Below, piece after piece: positions 12,565 through 23,917 of a DNA stretch of 64,000 bases. Source of the DNA: Azolla caroliniana (taxonomy: Eukaryota; Plantae; Polypodiophyta); assembly GCA_043228905.1 (NCBI GenBank), contig JBHGNT010000018.1:12462001-12526000 (forward strand), read 5' to 3'. Below the pieces are notes generated by a model, which saw only the letters and a program-made list of their open reading frames with translations, did no database searches and had not been told where the DNA came from. The stretch's first letter is position 1, and each line of letters starts with the position of its first letter. The translations under genes were made by a program, and so were the position numbers.

Positions 12565-13080
12565 TGTTGTATGTATGGTAATGATGGTTATCGATGACGA
12601 AGATAGAAATGGTGGAATAGTGAAGATGGTGGAGAGTATGATGGTGAGAGAGATTGAGATGAAGATGTTGAGAATCATTGAGAAGCATTGCGGGGTGGGG
12701 GGTGGTGCCTAGAATGGCTCCACCCCCCTCCCAAGGGGTTCAACATTAAGGGGGAGAGAGAGAAAGAGAGATGACAAGAGAGAGAGAGAGAGAGAGATTG
12801 AGAGAAAAATGATAATTCATGTTTTATTCATTCCCCATAAGGGGTTAAATAGTACAAGAGGGGGTAGATACATAGGGGTGTAAGCCCCCTCGAGCAATCA
12901 TACTGGACACTCACTCACACCTCCTCGTATCCATCCACATGCACACACGCGTGCATGTGTTCACATACGTATAGACTCACAATTACATTTATGCCCCCTA
13001 CACATACACAACAACATCATGATAACATTCGACCCTCGCTCATCACACTTGCCTCTTCGTACATCTCGTACGGGGTAATA
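12565..13080 (-). repeat. L1 5' LTR (516 bp)
   Basis: Minus strand reads TATTTAA, then AATAAA, then (CT)n. The terminal TG has mutated to TA. Confidence 0.88.
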
Positions 13081-14708
13081 GTGGTTGAAACAGATTGTCT
13101 ACCACTCATCGAAATGATAGCAAGTTGCACCACACCAGATATTTCAATGCTTCGGTGGATTGCATACATTAGAACTATGAACCCAGAATTACAACATATA
13201 AAGGCCAAAGAGAACCCAGTCGCAGATATGCTGTGAAGAGCAAGGTTCATAAATGAAAGGGTGATGCGAGCTAAAGATAAGAATTGGGCAACTACAAGCC
13301 ATCAAGTTGCTCATCAAGTATCTATTACGCCTCATGATGAGTTTAATTTAAGTATAATGTTCAGAGACACAGAGCATGAAGGTCAATGGTTAGAAATAGG
13401 AAAAATTTTAAAGACTCAAGAAGCCGACCCATCATGGTCAAAGAAACAACTAAATGAATTTTGAAGAAGAGCATTCAAATTTTTTTTACATGAAGGGCAT
13501 CTATGGAGGCGCCCAAAAAGGCCAACCAAAAATCCTCTTCGAGTCATTTGTAAGGATGATATTAAAAGAAAATTAATTACTGAATTCCATGATAGTTTGT
13601 GGGCAGGACAGAGGCATATGGGTGACATTTATGAAGTTAAAAGGAAAGTATTGGTGGCCACATATGTATAAAGATGTAATGAAATTTGTGGAAACTTGTG
13701 AAATATGTCAAAGGTATTCAACTATTTGATATCGAGATGAGCTAAACCCAACATATTCATCATCAATGCATTATAAATGGATGGTTGATCTAGTGACAAT
13801 GCCACTTGGGGAAGGTCAAATGAGATATTTAGTACTAGCAAGAGAAGACCTTACAAACCAAGTAGAAGGAAGACCACTACAACAAAAAACAACTAAAGCT
13901 GTATGTAAATTTTTGTTAGAAGATGTAATATGTCGTTATAGGTGTGTTCGTAAAATAATTGTAGATAGAGGAGAACTTGACTCTGATGAAGCTAGAGAAT
14001 TCTTCAGCCGGATTGGGGTCAAATTATCGCTTACAACTGCATATAATCCAGAAGCCAATGTAAAGATTGAAAGAGGACATAGCCCAATAGTTAAGGCAAT
14101 CGTGAAAAGTTGTAAAGGTAAAATAAGAGATTGGTCACGCATGCTACCTTATGCACTATGGGCAAATCGAACGACACATAGTTCAGTAACAGGATATATG
14201 CCAACTGAATTGATACTTGGCCAAAAACCCATCATGCCAATAGAAGGATCAATTATGTCATGGCCATCTATTCCATGGAGAGAAGAGTTGAACATAGAAG
14301 AATTGTTGGCTTTGCGAATTCAACAATTAGAGCGTCGGCCTGAAGATGTCGAATTAGCAGCCCAATGACTGGAGGCTCGATTGAAGAATAAATTTTGTTT
14401 TGATAAAACTCGCAGAATTCGACATTAGAAGATAGAAGAAGGGGATTGGGTGCTTGTGTATAAAAGCAGTTTAGATAATCAACATAGCATCGTCTGCAAG
14501 TTCGCTAAAAGATGGTTTGGGCCTTACATAGTGAAAAAAGTATATGATAACTTTACTTATAAACTTAGTGAATTGGATGGGACACTAATCCTAAATGTGC
14601 TAGTTGGAAAGAGGATAAAATTATTTAAGAAAAGGTTCGAGCTTGAACCTCCAATAGATCAACATGAAGATCAAAGATAGTGGCACATGCCGGAGGATGT
14701 GCAGGTCT

Positions 14709-14844
14709 AGAGGGGGTGGATGTCGTGAAGTACGAAAGCTTCACATTAAAAGTCTACAATAAGATAAATACGTAACTAAAATAAAATAAATCTTCATAAT
14801 ATTTTATACATAAAGATAACATTAACAACACACTATGATAATAT
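14709..14844 (+). repeat. Element B PPT (14709-14720) and truncated 3' LTR (14721-14844)
   Basis: AGAGGGGGTGGA followed by TGTCGTGAAGTACGAAAG, matching 5927 onward. Confidence 0.9.
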
Positions 14845-17642
14845 TGTGAAATGCACATAAAAGGAAACCAAACCAGCCTAGCTAGCTTCATACTTATCAT
14901 TCAATATATAGAAGATAAAAAGAACCCATTTTGGGACGGCCTAGCTACACGTGTCCCAAAATGGTGTGCTAAAAGGGTGGGCTAAAATGGGTGATGTGCT
15001 AAACGGGAGTGGCTAAAAGAGTGGTGTGTTCAAATGCATGCTCTTGCATGGAGTGTTACGCTATGAGAGAAGGAGGGGTGCCAGAAGATAGGCTTGGGGT
15101 AGCATATGGCTTGATACGGGCAACATGGGCTGAGGTGAATCAACCGTTGGAATCGCATCGGAGTAAGTAAGTCGTGGACTTGATGGCACGAATTATGGTG
15201 AATGGGCCGATCCACCAGTGCATGAGGGATTCACTGAGACCACGCCGCCGGATCGGGAAGTAAACAAGGACTTTGGTTCCATCAGCATACGTCGGGGTGA
15301 TTCAACCCATGTCGTAGTGTCGCTTTTGACGTTGTTGTGCGACTTGTAGATTTCAGGAGCTGGCTTGTCGAAGGAGGGGGAGCATTTGTTGGAGATAAAG
15401 CCCCCAAGTAGCACTATCCATGTTGGCAGGTTTAGAACAGATGTCAATGGACGTTTCTGGTGGGAGCTGGGGGTCGCATCCATAGAGTGCTCGAAAAGGG
15501 CTGATCCATGTCGACGCTTGTACGGATGTATTGTAGGCATGGGTGACAAAAGGCAAGATTTGATCCCAGGTTTTGTGGCATGGATCAATGTAAGCGGCAA
15601 TTTCTTGCTTGAGGGTCTTGTTGAGGCGTTCAGTGAGGCCATTTGTTTGAGGATGGTAAGGGGATGTAAACACTTGTTGGACACCTAGTTGAGTTGCCAC
15701 AACATTGAGGACATCCCCATGGAACTGGCGGCCCTGATCAGATAAGATTTGGATAGGGCAACCATGTTGAAATATTACCTTTTGCAAGAGTTGGGAGGCA
15801 ATTGTTGGCGCAGTGACGTCGGGGATGGTAACAGTTTCAGCCCATCGTGGGAGGTATTCTGTTATGACAAGGATATACCTGTTGCCCCTAGAGGTTTCGG
15901 GAAAAGGTCCCATGAAATCCCATCCGACCAGCTCGAAAGGTGACGTGACGGTGATGGGTTGGAGTGTTCCAGCTGGCTTGCCCCTAGGTTTGATGTGTTG
16001 ACACAAAGCGCATTGTTTGATATAGGTAGAGATTGAGTGTCTCATGTTGGGCCAGTAATACTTGAGACGTAATTTTTCAAGAACCTTGTGGAAACTCAAG
16101 TGGCCCAACAATGGGTGGTCGTGATAAAATTGGAGATACGTTTGTTGTAGGGCATGAGGGATGTAGAGACGAGGCTCGTGATGCGCTTGAATGAAGAATA
16201 CCAAGTTATCGCGGAGCATGAACCGTCGTTGTGAGGGAAACGGTTGGAGGGAGCGCAACTAATGGATTATCTGTTGGATGGCGGGGTCGTGTTGTTGAAG
16301 CGTAGCGAGTTGTGGCAATGGTATCGGAAGATCGGATGTCTCAGGGAGAAATTGGACAGCCTGACAGTCGGCGCGAGAGAGACTATCAGCGACCAAATTG
16401 GTTGCACCTTTCCGATAGGAGAGGGTAAACTGATACTCTTGAAGTGCCAGCGTCCATTGCAACAAGCGGCCTGGGGGGTGAGGTCGATGGATAAGAGAAA
16501 GCAAGGGTTGGTGGTCGGTCTCAACCGTAACCTGTCCACCATGAAGGTATGGATGAAAACGTTGGAAAGACCAGACAATCGCAAGTAGCTCCTTCTCAGT
16601 GGTTGAGTAGTTGCATTCAGCCGGCGTGAGAGTCCGACTAATGAAGGCGACCGCCTTCTCTTGCCCATGACAATCGGCTTGCAAGAGGACGGCTCCTAAC
16701 CCCTGGTTTGATGCGTCTGTCTGCAACGTGAATAGTTAGTCAAAGTTAGGATGGGCGAGCAACCCCGATTCCTTGACCATGGTTTTAAGGTGACGAAAGC
16801 TATCTTCACAAGTAGGATCCCAACTGAATGACATGCCTTTCTTCAAGAGTTGGCGAAGGGGAAAAGTGACCAAGGCAAGGTTTGGGATGAAGCGAAGGGA
16901 AAAGGTGATCATGCCCAAAAAACGTTGCAAGGATTTGACTGAAGTGGGGTGAGGGTAGTCGTTGATGGCTGCTACCTTTGCAGGGTCCATACGGATTCCG
17001 TCACCAGAGATGATGAAGCCGAGAAAACGGAGGCTGGTGCTTCCCGATCGACACTTCTTCCATTGGAGCTGCAAGTTATGCTTAGTTATGCAAGCAAGGA
17101 CTTCGGCGAGAGCTTGTAGATGGTCCTCCCAAGTGGTCGTGTGGATAAGGATGTCATCAAGATAAACGAGGAGGACACCCTTGTTGATAAGGGCGGCAAA
17201 AATGGAGTTGGCCATGCGTTGGAATGTGCTGCCAGCATCAGACAGGCCGAACGGCATGCGGGTGAATTGGAATAGCCCGCGGCGTGTGCGGAATGTGGTC
17301 TTGTGGGCGTCAGAAGGTTTTAGGGGGATTTGCCAATATCTTGAGGCTAAGTCCAGGGAGGTGAAATAACGGGAGCCACCGATTTGATCCAAGAGGTTGT
17401 CCACGCGAGGGAGCGGGTAGAGGTCATGGATAGTCACTTTGTTAAGAGGCTTGAAGTCGATGCAAAAGCGGAAGGTGCCATCATCCTTCTTGACGAGGTG
17501 GGGTTCCGAAACCCAATCGCTGGTGGAAGGAACGATAATACCTTTGGTGAGCATGTCGGTGACGGCCGCATCAATGCGATCGTGGTCGAGAGGGGAACGT
17601 CGGCGGGTAGCCATGCGGATCAGAGTGGCCTCACTTACGGTA
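14845..17642 (-). mobile_element. Ty3/Gypsy element C, 5'-truncated (RT-RH-INT, putative short 3' LTR about 14845-15060), inserted in the B 3' LTR
   Basis: Three ORFs in one frame: 16736-17728 (RT: YLDDILI), 16259-16726 (RH: TDAS, EKEL, ETDH) and 15353-16258 (INT: HHCC, YHPQTNGLTER). The minus strand ends ...TTTCACA at the B LTR break. Confidence 0.88.
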
Positions 17643-17675
17643 AGAACAGACCGAAAAAGACCGAAAAGAAAAGAA

Positions 17676-18042
17676 ATGGGCAAAGGGATGGTAAGGTCGC
17701 TTGCAACTAAGAAGCTCAATAGGAACAACTATGCATCTTGGTCGTACAAGTACTTGCTGCGACACGGGTATTGTAGTTATGTCGATGGAGCAAGCGAGGT
17801 AGCACTGGAGCCGGCACACAAGGACTTCTCAGCATGGGAGCAAGGAGTGAGTAGGGTGTTATACTACCTCACATCCTATGTGCATGACCAGTTACTCAAT
17901 TACATCGAAGATGTAAAGTCACCGAAGGAGGCTTCAGAAAATCTCAAAAAGGTTTTCGCCGCCAGTACCATAACCCATAGGTTGCAGCTTTAGCAAGAGC
18001 TCAATAACAGCAAGCAGAGGGACATGTCGGTTACAGACTACA
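17676..18042 (+). pseudogene. Copia element E gag N-terminal fragment
   Basis: MGKGMVRSLATKKLNRNNYASWSYK..WEQG..VLY is homologous to A and H gag; it abuts element C with no LTR. Confidence 0.85.
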
Positions 18043-20834
18043 CCCGGAGCATGGTGGCACATGCCAAGTTACCCAAGACGTTTTGGGCTGAGGCGCAGAC
18101 AACGGCGACCTATGTGATAAATAGATCACTCTCAGTACCCTTGGAAGGAGACTCACCTCAAAAACTATGGACCGGTAAAGATGTATCTTACCGGCATCTG
18201 ACGGTGTTCGGGTGTCTCGCATATGTGCATGTTGCAAAGGACAAGAGAGCAAAGCTGGATCCAAAGTCCAGGCCATGCATATTCCTTGGATACGGCGATG
18301 ATGAGTTCGGTTACCGGGTGTGGGATCTGGATGACAAGAAGGTGTTCTGGAGTCGGAACATAGTCTTCATCGAAGACAGGACCATTGCCTACTGGGAGTT
18401 GGAGAAGAAGATGATGAACTCCGGATTGTCCAATGAAAACTGTCTTGAGAACACAATGATATACCCAGTTGAAAACTAGATGTTAGTTGGTAATCAGATG
18501 ACACTCGTCAAACCGGCCTGATACGAACAAGAAACCGAACCGACCGAAGAAGAAGAAGAAGACACCAAAACTAGACAAGATCCTGAATCGGATTCGGATT
18601 CGGAACAAACGGAGGAACCGAAAATCAGAAACCAAGGAAGAAGATATCCTCTTAGAGAGAGAAGATCCCCCCTGAGATTCCTGGATGCACAGCACATGTT
18701 GCTAACCGATGATTGGGAGCTGGAAAGCTTCGAAGAAGCAAAGAGAGACTCCCACAACCGCAAGGGGTTGAGTGCCATGCAGGATGAGATGGATTCCCTG
18801 CATGCGAACCACACATATGAACTGACGGAGTTGCCGAGAGGGAAGAGAGCACTCCGGAACAAGTGGGTGTACAAGCTGAAACTGGGAGATGCCGGAAATC
18901 CACCAAGGTACAAGGCCCGAATCGTGGTGAGCAGGTTCCAACAGAAGAAAGGAGTGGAATTCAATGAGATCTTAGCCCCGGTAGTAAAGATGACATCCAT
19001 CCAGACGGTATTGGGCATTGCGGCAAGCATGGACCTCGAGGTAGAGCAATTGGACGTCAAGACGACATTCCTACATGGGGATCTCGAGGAAGAGATCTAC
19101 ATGCATCAACCGGAAGGATTTGAGAAGAAAGGGAAGGAGCACCTGGTGTGCCGACTATAGAAGAGCTTATACGGACCGCGACAAGCTCCCCGGCAATGGT
19201 ACCGGAAGTTCGACTCCATTATGACCGAGCAAGGGTACCACAAGACGTAGGCCGATCACTGTGTGTTTGTGAAGAAATTCAACAAAGGAGCTTTCTTGAT
19301 ACTCCTATAAGTGGATGATATGTTGATCGTCGGACGAGACCAGGGCAAGATTCGGATGCTGAAGAAGGCTCTGAACTGGACCTTCTCAATGAAAGACTTG
19401 GGGCCGGCAAGGCAGATATTGGGAATGCACATCATCCAGGACCGGTCGAAGAAGCTGTTGTGGTTGTCACAGGAGAAGTATGTGACAAAGGTACTTCAAC
19501 GGTTCAACATGTCAGAGGCGAAACCGGTTAGATCAAGACTTCCGGAAAATTGCAAACTATCTAGACAAAAAAGCCCGAGGACAAAGGCGAAGAAGACGGA
19601 TATGATGAAGATACCATATGCCTTTGCCGTCACAAGCTTAATGTACGCGATGGTATGTACCCGGCCGTATATTGGATATGCAATCGGAGTGGTGATCCGG
19701 TTCAGGAGCAATCCCAGCAAAGAGCACTTGAACGCGGTCGAGTGGATACTCCAGTATCTGAAAGGCACTTCGAGTATGTGCCTCTGGTTCAGCTCCGGTA
19801 ATCCTCAACTTGACGGATTCACTGATTCGAATATGTCGGTTGATTCAGATACCAGCCGGTCTACATCCAGATATGTCATGACTTATGGGGGGGGAGTTAT
19901 TTCGTAGCAGTCGAGGCTATAGAAGACGGTTGCGTTGTCAACCACGGAAGCGGAGTACATGGCAGTTGTGGAAGCCAGCAAGAAGATAATCTGGATGAAG
20001 AACTTCATCGGAGAGCTAAGAATCAATCAGGAGGAATTCCAGCTCTACTGCGATAGTCAAACTGCCATCTACCTTGCAAAGAACACGACCTACCATTCCC
20101 GGACGAAACATATCCAACGGAGGTACCACTGGATCCGGGAGAGAGTAGAAGATGAAGAGTTTGTGCTGAGAGAGATCCACACGAAGGAGAACAGGTCGGA
20201 CATGTTGACTAAGGTGATGGCAACCAACAAGCTGGACGCGTGCCGAAAGCAAATCGGGCTAACAAGATATCCCAGGCCGGAGTGAAGGGGGAGATTGTTG
20301 GGAAATCGGTCTCTCAGGATGGGATCCGATGATGAATAAGGAAGACCCGGTGAGAACCGGAAACCGGAGGAGACCCTGTGAGAACCGGAAGAGAAGACAT
20401 ATCTGTAAATATGTCTTGAGTAAGCCTATTGAGGCTATATTTGTAAATAGCCCTAAGTTCATATCAATATAAATATGACTTAGGGCAATCACTTTGTATG
20501 GAGTTGTAGTTATTGTCATATTGTTGTATAGAGAGAGAGCGACAAAGAGAGAGGGAGAGAGAGAGTAAGATACAGAGCTATACTCTATTGTAACCGCCGG
20601 TTGGCAAAGATACAGAGCTCGAGGTTGTTGCCTCCGAGGCTCTAATTGTACCTTTCTCCTATAGTGATAGTTGGAGTCCATGGGCGCCCGTGGTTTTTCC
20701 CATTTAGGGTTTTCCACGTAAACATCCTGTGTATTTTCTTTGTGTACTCCGCACTTCCCATTTTTGTGTTTCATTCTTAAAGAAGTGTTCAAGACTCGGT
20801 TGGGGCCGAGCAATATTCCAAGTTATTCCTCTCA
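18043..20834 (+). mobile_element. Tnt1-like Copia element D, 5'-deleted (INT-RT-RH, PPT, 3' LTR 20296-20834)
   Basis: ORFs 18024-18479, 18696-19160 (QLDVKT), 19311-19907 and 19935-20285 (RTKHIQRRYH); GAAGGGGGAGAT then TGTTGGG. Same family as G and J. Confidence 0.9.
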
Positions 20835-23186
20835 TGCGGGCACTCGATGCCAACGAGACATGGGACGTGGTTGACCCTCCCCGACACTGCGAACCGATCA
20901 GCTACAAATGGGTGTGCAAGGTGAAATACAATGTGAACGGTTCGGTCAACTGGGAGAAGGCTCGAGTAGTTGCCAAAAGATATGCGTAGACCCACAGAAT
21001 TGACTATGAAGAAACCTTGGCTCAGGTAGCGAAGATGACAACGGTTAGTGTGGTGCTAGCGGTTGCTACGTCAAGGGGATGACATCTTCACCAAATGGAT
21101 GTGAAGAATCCATTTATTCAAGGTGACCTTAAAGAACAAGTCTAAATGATCCAGCCTCTTGGTTTTCAGTAAGAGATGAACAAGTCAGCAGTCTACCAAC
21201 TCAAGAAGTCACTTTATGACTTGAAGCAAGCCCCCTTGTTTGGAATTCGAAACTCATGCACCGGTTGCGTAAGATGGGTCTTCATTGTTCATCTGGAAAG
21301 GTCTGGAAGGTCCGGTATGGATCATGATTTACATTGATCTAATCATCAGTGGACCCGGATTCATTGAAATCAGCCGAGTGGAGTCCCAGTTGTGAGATGC
21401 ATTCGAAATGAAGAACCTAGGGGACCTTCATTATTTCCTCAAGATCGAAGTGATTCACACCCCCAAGGGCATATTGTTTTCTAAGCGACATTATGTGTTG
21501 AATATGTTGTACAAGTTCGGCATGACCCATTGCCGACTAGTGTCCACACACCTAGACCGGAACATGAAGCTTCGTCCCGACTCTGGACCGGCCTGCAATG
21601 AGCAACGGTTCCGAAAAATTGTCAGAAGCCTTATTTACTTAAGTCTCACCCCACCTTACATCAGCTATCTAATCAGGATGATAAATCAATTTATGCAAAA
21701 ACCGACCGTGGAGCACCTTCAGTGCGCGCACCGAATACTCAGGTATGTATGTGGCACTAATGATCGGGGGTTGTTATACCGACACGCTATAACCAAAATG
21801 GTAGTCAGATATATGGATGTAGATTGGGTTGGTGATTCATAGGATCGTCGGTCCACTTCTGGTCACATGTTCTCTTTAAGTAGCACGACTTTTGCGTGGA
21901 GCAGCAAAAAGCAGCCAACTGTGGTTCTATCGAGCACTAAGACTGAGTATCGGGGCACTACCATGGCCACTTGTGAAGCATGTTGGGAATTCGGTCGCTT
22001 TGGATGAGAACCAAAGGAGCCGGATCGAATGCAACAACCGGACCGGACTAGGAGGTATCCGGACGGATCCAGGGGCATATCTACAAATATGTTTTTGGTG
22101 TGCCTGTAAGGTTATATTTGTAAATAGTCTTAAAGTCATATAAGTACAAATATGACTTAGGGAAATCACTTTGTACGGTTAGAAAGTAGTTGTATGATAG
22201 TTGTACACAGAGAGAGAGAGAGAGAGAGAGAAGTGAAGCCGCTAGTTGGCGAAGATACAGAGCTTGAGGTTGTTGCCTCTGAGTCTCCCCTTGTACCTCC
22301 TTTCTCATATAGTGGTAATTGGGGTCTGTGGGCTCCCGTGGTTTTTCCTTATTAGGGTTTTCCACATAAACACCCTATGTTGTCTCCTCTACGTAACTGT
22401 ACAAACCTCCATTTCTGTTTTGTTCTTTCATAAAGTGTTTGAGTCTCGGTTGTGGCCGAGGCTATTCCTCACAAAGCCATATGGCTTCGGTGGCTACTGC
22501 AAGACCTCCGGATCCATGTCCCGACTCCGATCCCGATCTATTGTGACAACATGAGCGGCATGCAACTAGCCAAGAACCCCATGTTCCATGCGCGGACAAA
22601 GCACATAGAAGTGCATTACCACTTTGTGCGCGAGTAGGTCCTTACCGGTGTAGTCGAACTCCGGTACGCAAGTCGGAAAACACGGCGACTGAGGTAGAGT
22701 CAAGAAGGATAGAACCAACCGGAAGGAGAAGGACAAGACCTGAACGTGGTATGATGTGGTAAAGGGCCTGAAGATTTAGGACGAATTGGAGACAACCAAT
22801 TCGGACGAGAGCTAGAACGAATTGGAGTCACCCGATTCGAAAGAGGTGCTTGATTCGGCGGAGACAGATCAATTGAAGGCCAAAAGGATGAGGAGGTAGT
22901 GGAATTCGATGCCGACACGGAGGAGCCGACTGGTCAAGACGCATAGGAGTCACAATAGTGAAGGAGCTAAGATGGGCCTTGTGAGCAAGCGAGTCAACCG
23001 AGAAGGTTGAGGTGCGTGGGACCGGACAGGTCGTGCAAAGCGGAACTAGATGGGTTGAGGGGCGCGAACAAGGCAAGAAGACGCCAGAAGAAGCTGATTG
23101 CAAGGCTCAGAAGACACTAACACATCGATCTGATCTCAACTTGAGATTGAGAGGGAGTGTTGAGCAAACAAGCTCAATCAGATCCG
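20835..23186 (+). mobile_element. Copia element E 3' part (degenerate RT-RH, PPT 23149-23157, LTR stub 23158-23186)
   Basis: MRALDANETWD, QMDVK, SSKKQPTV, ARTKHIEVHYHFVRE; GAGAGGGAG-TGTTGAG. Confidence 0.85.
21981..22473 (+). repeat. Solo LTR of the D/G family inside element E RNase H
   Basis: TGTTGGGAA...CCTCACA with flanks AAGCA/AAGCC (4/5). The host frame TCE-AIWL is restored on removal. Confidence 0.88.
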
Positions 23187-23691
23187 TGTTACCAGCTAGG
23201 GTAAACACGGCCTACCCTCGGTACTTTGGGCTATGGCTCAAGAAGATTATGGTGAAAGGAATGGAGAGTGTAGGCAAACTATTCACGAATGGTTGCAAGT
23301 AGTGCATATCGTGGCCTAAGCTTAGGGGAAAGAGAATAAGGAAAACGACTACAACCGACTTCCTTCACACGATGCATAATCTTTACAGAGAATCACTTAC
23401 ACAATTAACCACGCACAAGGTATACGCACCAGCTGAGAGGCACAACAATTCGGAGCAACAAAACTATATTCAGAGATTACCCAAAATTCTACGCTAGTCT
23501 TTACAAGTTTCCCATGCCCTTTATAATATATAGGGTTATGGTCGGTTACGCTTGGAGTGTGAACCATTACAGGCGTTCATAACGCTTCATTCTATACCTA
23601 CGGCCTCATAATTACGCTACGGTTGTTTTTGTCCCTATGCTTCCCTTTTCTTCTGCCTTTTCCCACTTGATCGACTTAGGCGTCCAACACA

Positions 23692-23731
23692 TGGCATGCC
23701 TTTGGGACAATGCTTAGCATGTTGGACCCAC
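23692..23731 (-). other. tRNA-Arg-like hairpin/CCA motif in the PPT position (L2)
   Basis: Minus strand GTGGGTCCAA-CATGCTAAGCATT-GTCCCAAAGGCATGCCA-TG-LTR. Confidence 0.75.
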
Positions 23732-23917
23732 TTCCACCCTTTATTCATCGTTGAAATATCGAGGATATTGGGTTTTGGGCGGTCAAACATGTCGTTGCTT
23801 GGCTCGGTCGCGTCAGACTTTGGCCGTGAACTTGGTTTTGTGGGGGTAGACCCGGAAAAATGTTTGGGTTCCGTTGATTCGGACGCCGCTGCCTGCGTCT
23901 GAGTTTGTGGTGCTCCC

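Larger units (their letters stand above)
11058..13080 (-). mobile_element. Complete 2.0-kb non-autonomous PPT-less LTR element L1, TSD GTGGT
   Basis: Direct LTRs 11058-11451 and 12565-13080. GTGGT at 11053-11057 and 13081-13085; removing the element restores the B RNase H frame. No gag or pol motifs inside. Confidence 0.9.
9959..14680 (+). pseudogene. Element B RT-RNase H-integrase, disrupted and split by L1
   Basis: RT (GDLYSGYDQF, LDDIPIKG), RH (VDTS; VVETDCLPL rejoined across L1), INT (WMVDLV, YNPEANVKIERG, WFGPY). Confidence 0.92.
5927..14844 (+). mobile_element. Ty3/Gypsy element B (non-chromovirus, tRNA-Trp PBS); contains L1; 3' LTR cut by element C
   Basis: 5' LTR 5927-7037, PBS, gag, PR, RT, RH, INT, PPT, and a 3' LTR start (14721-14844) that matches the 5' LTR start. 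Confidence 0.93.

Noticed and set aside
17439-18479. Novel fusion genes (17439-17993, 18024-18479)
   Set aside because: These are read-throughs across deletion junctions: C antisense into E gag, and E gag into D integrase.
22660-23140. Extra ORF or captured gene at the 3' end of E
   Set aside because: Only short low-complexity ORFs with no motif; it cannot be distinguished from a 3' UTR or an unrelated fragment.
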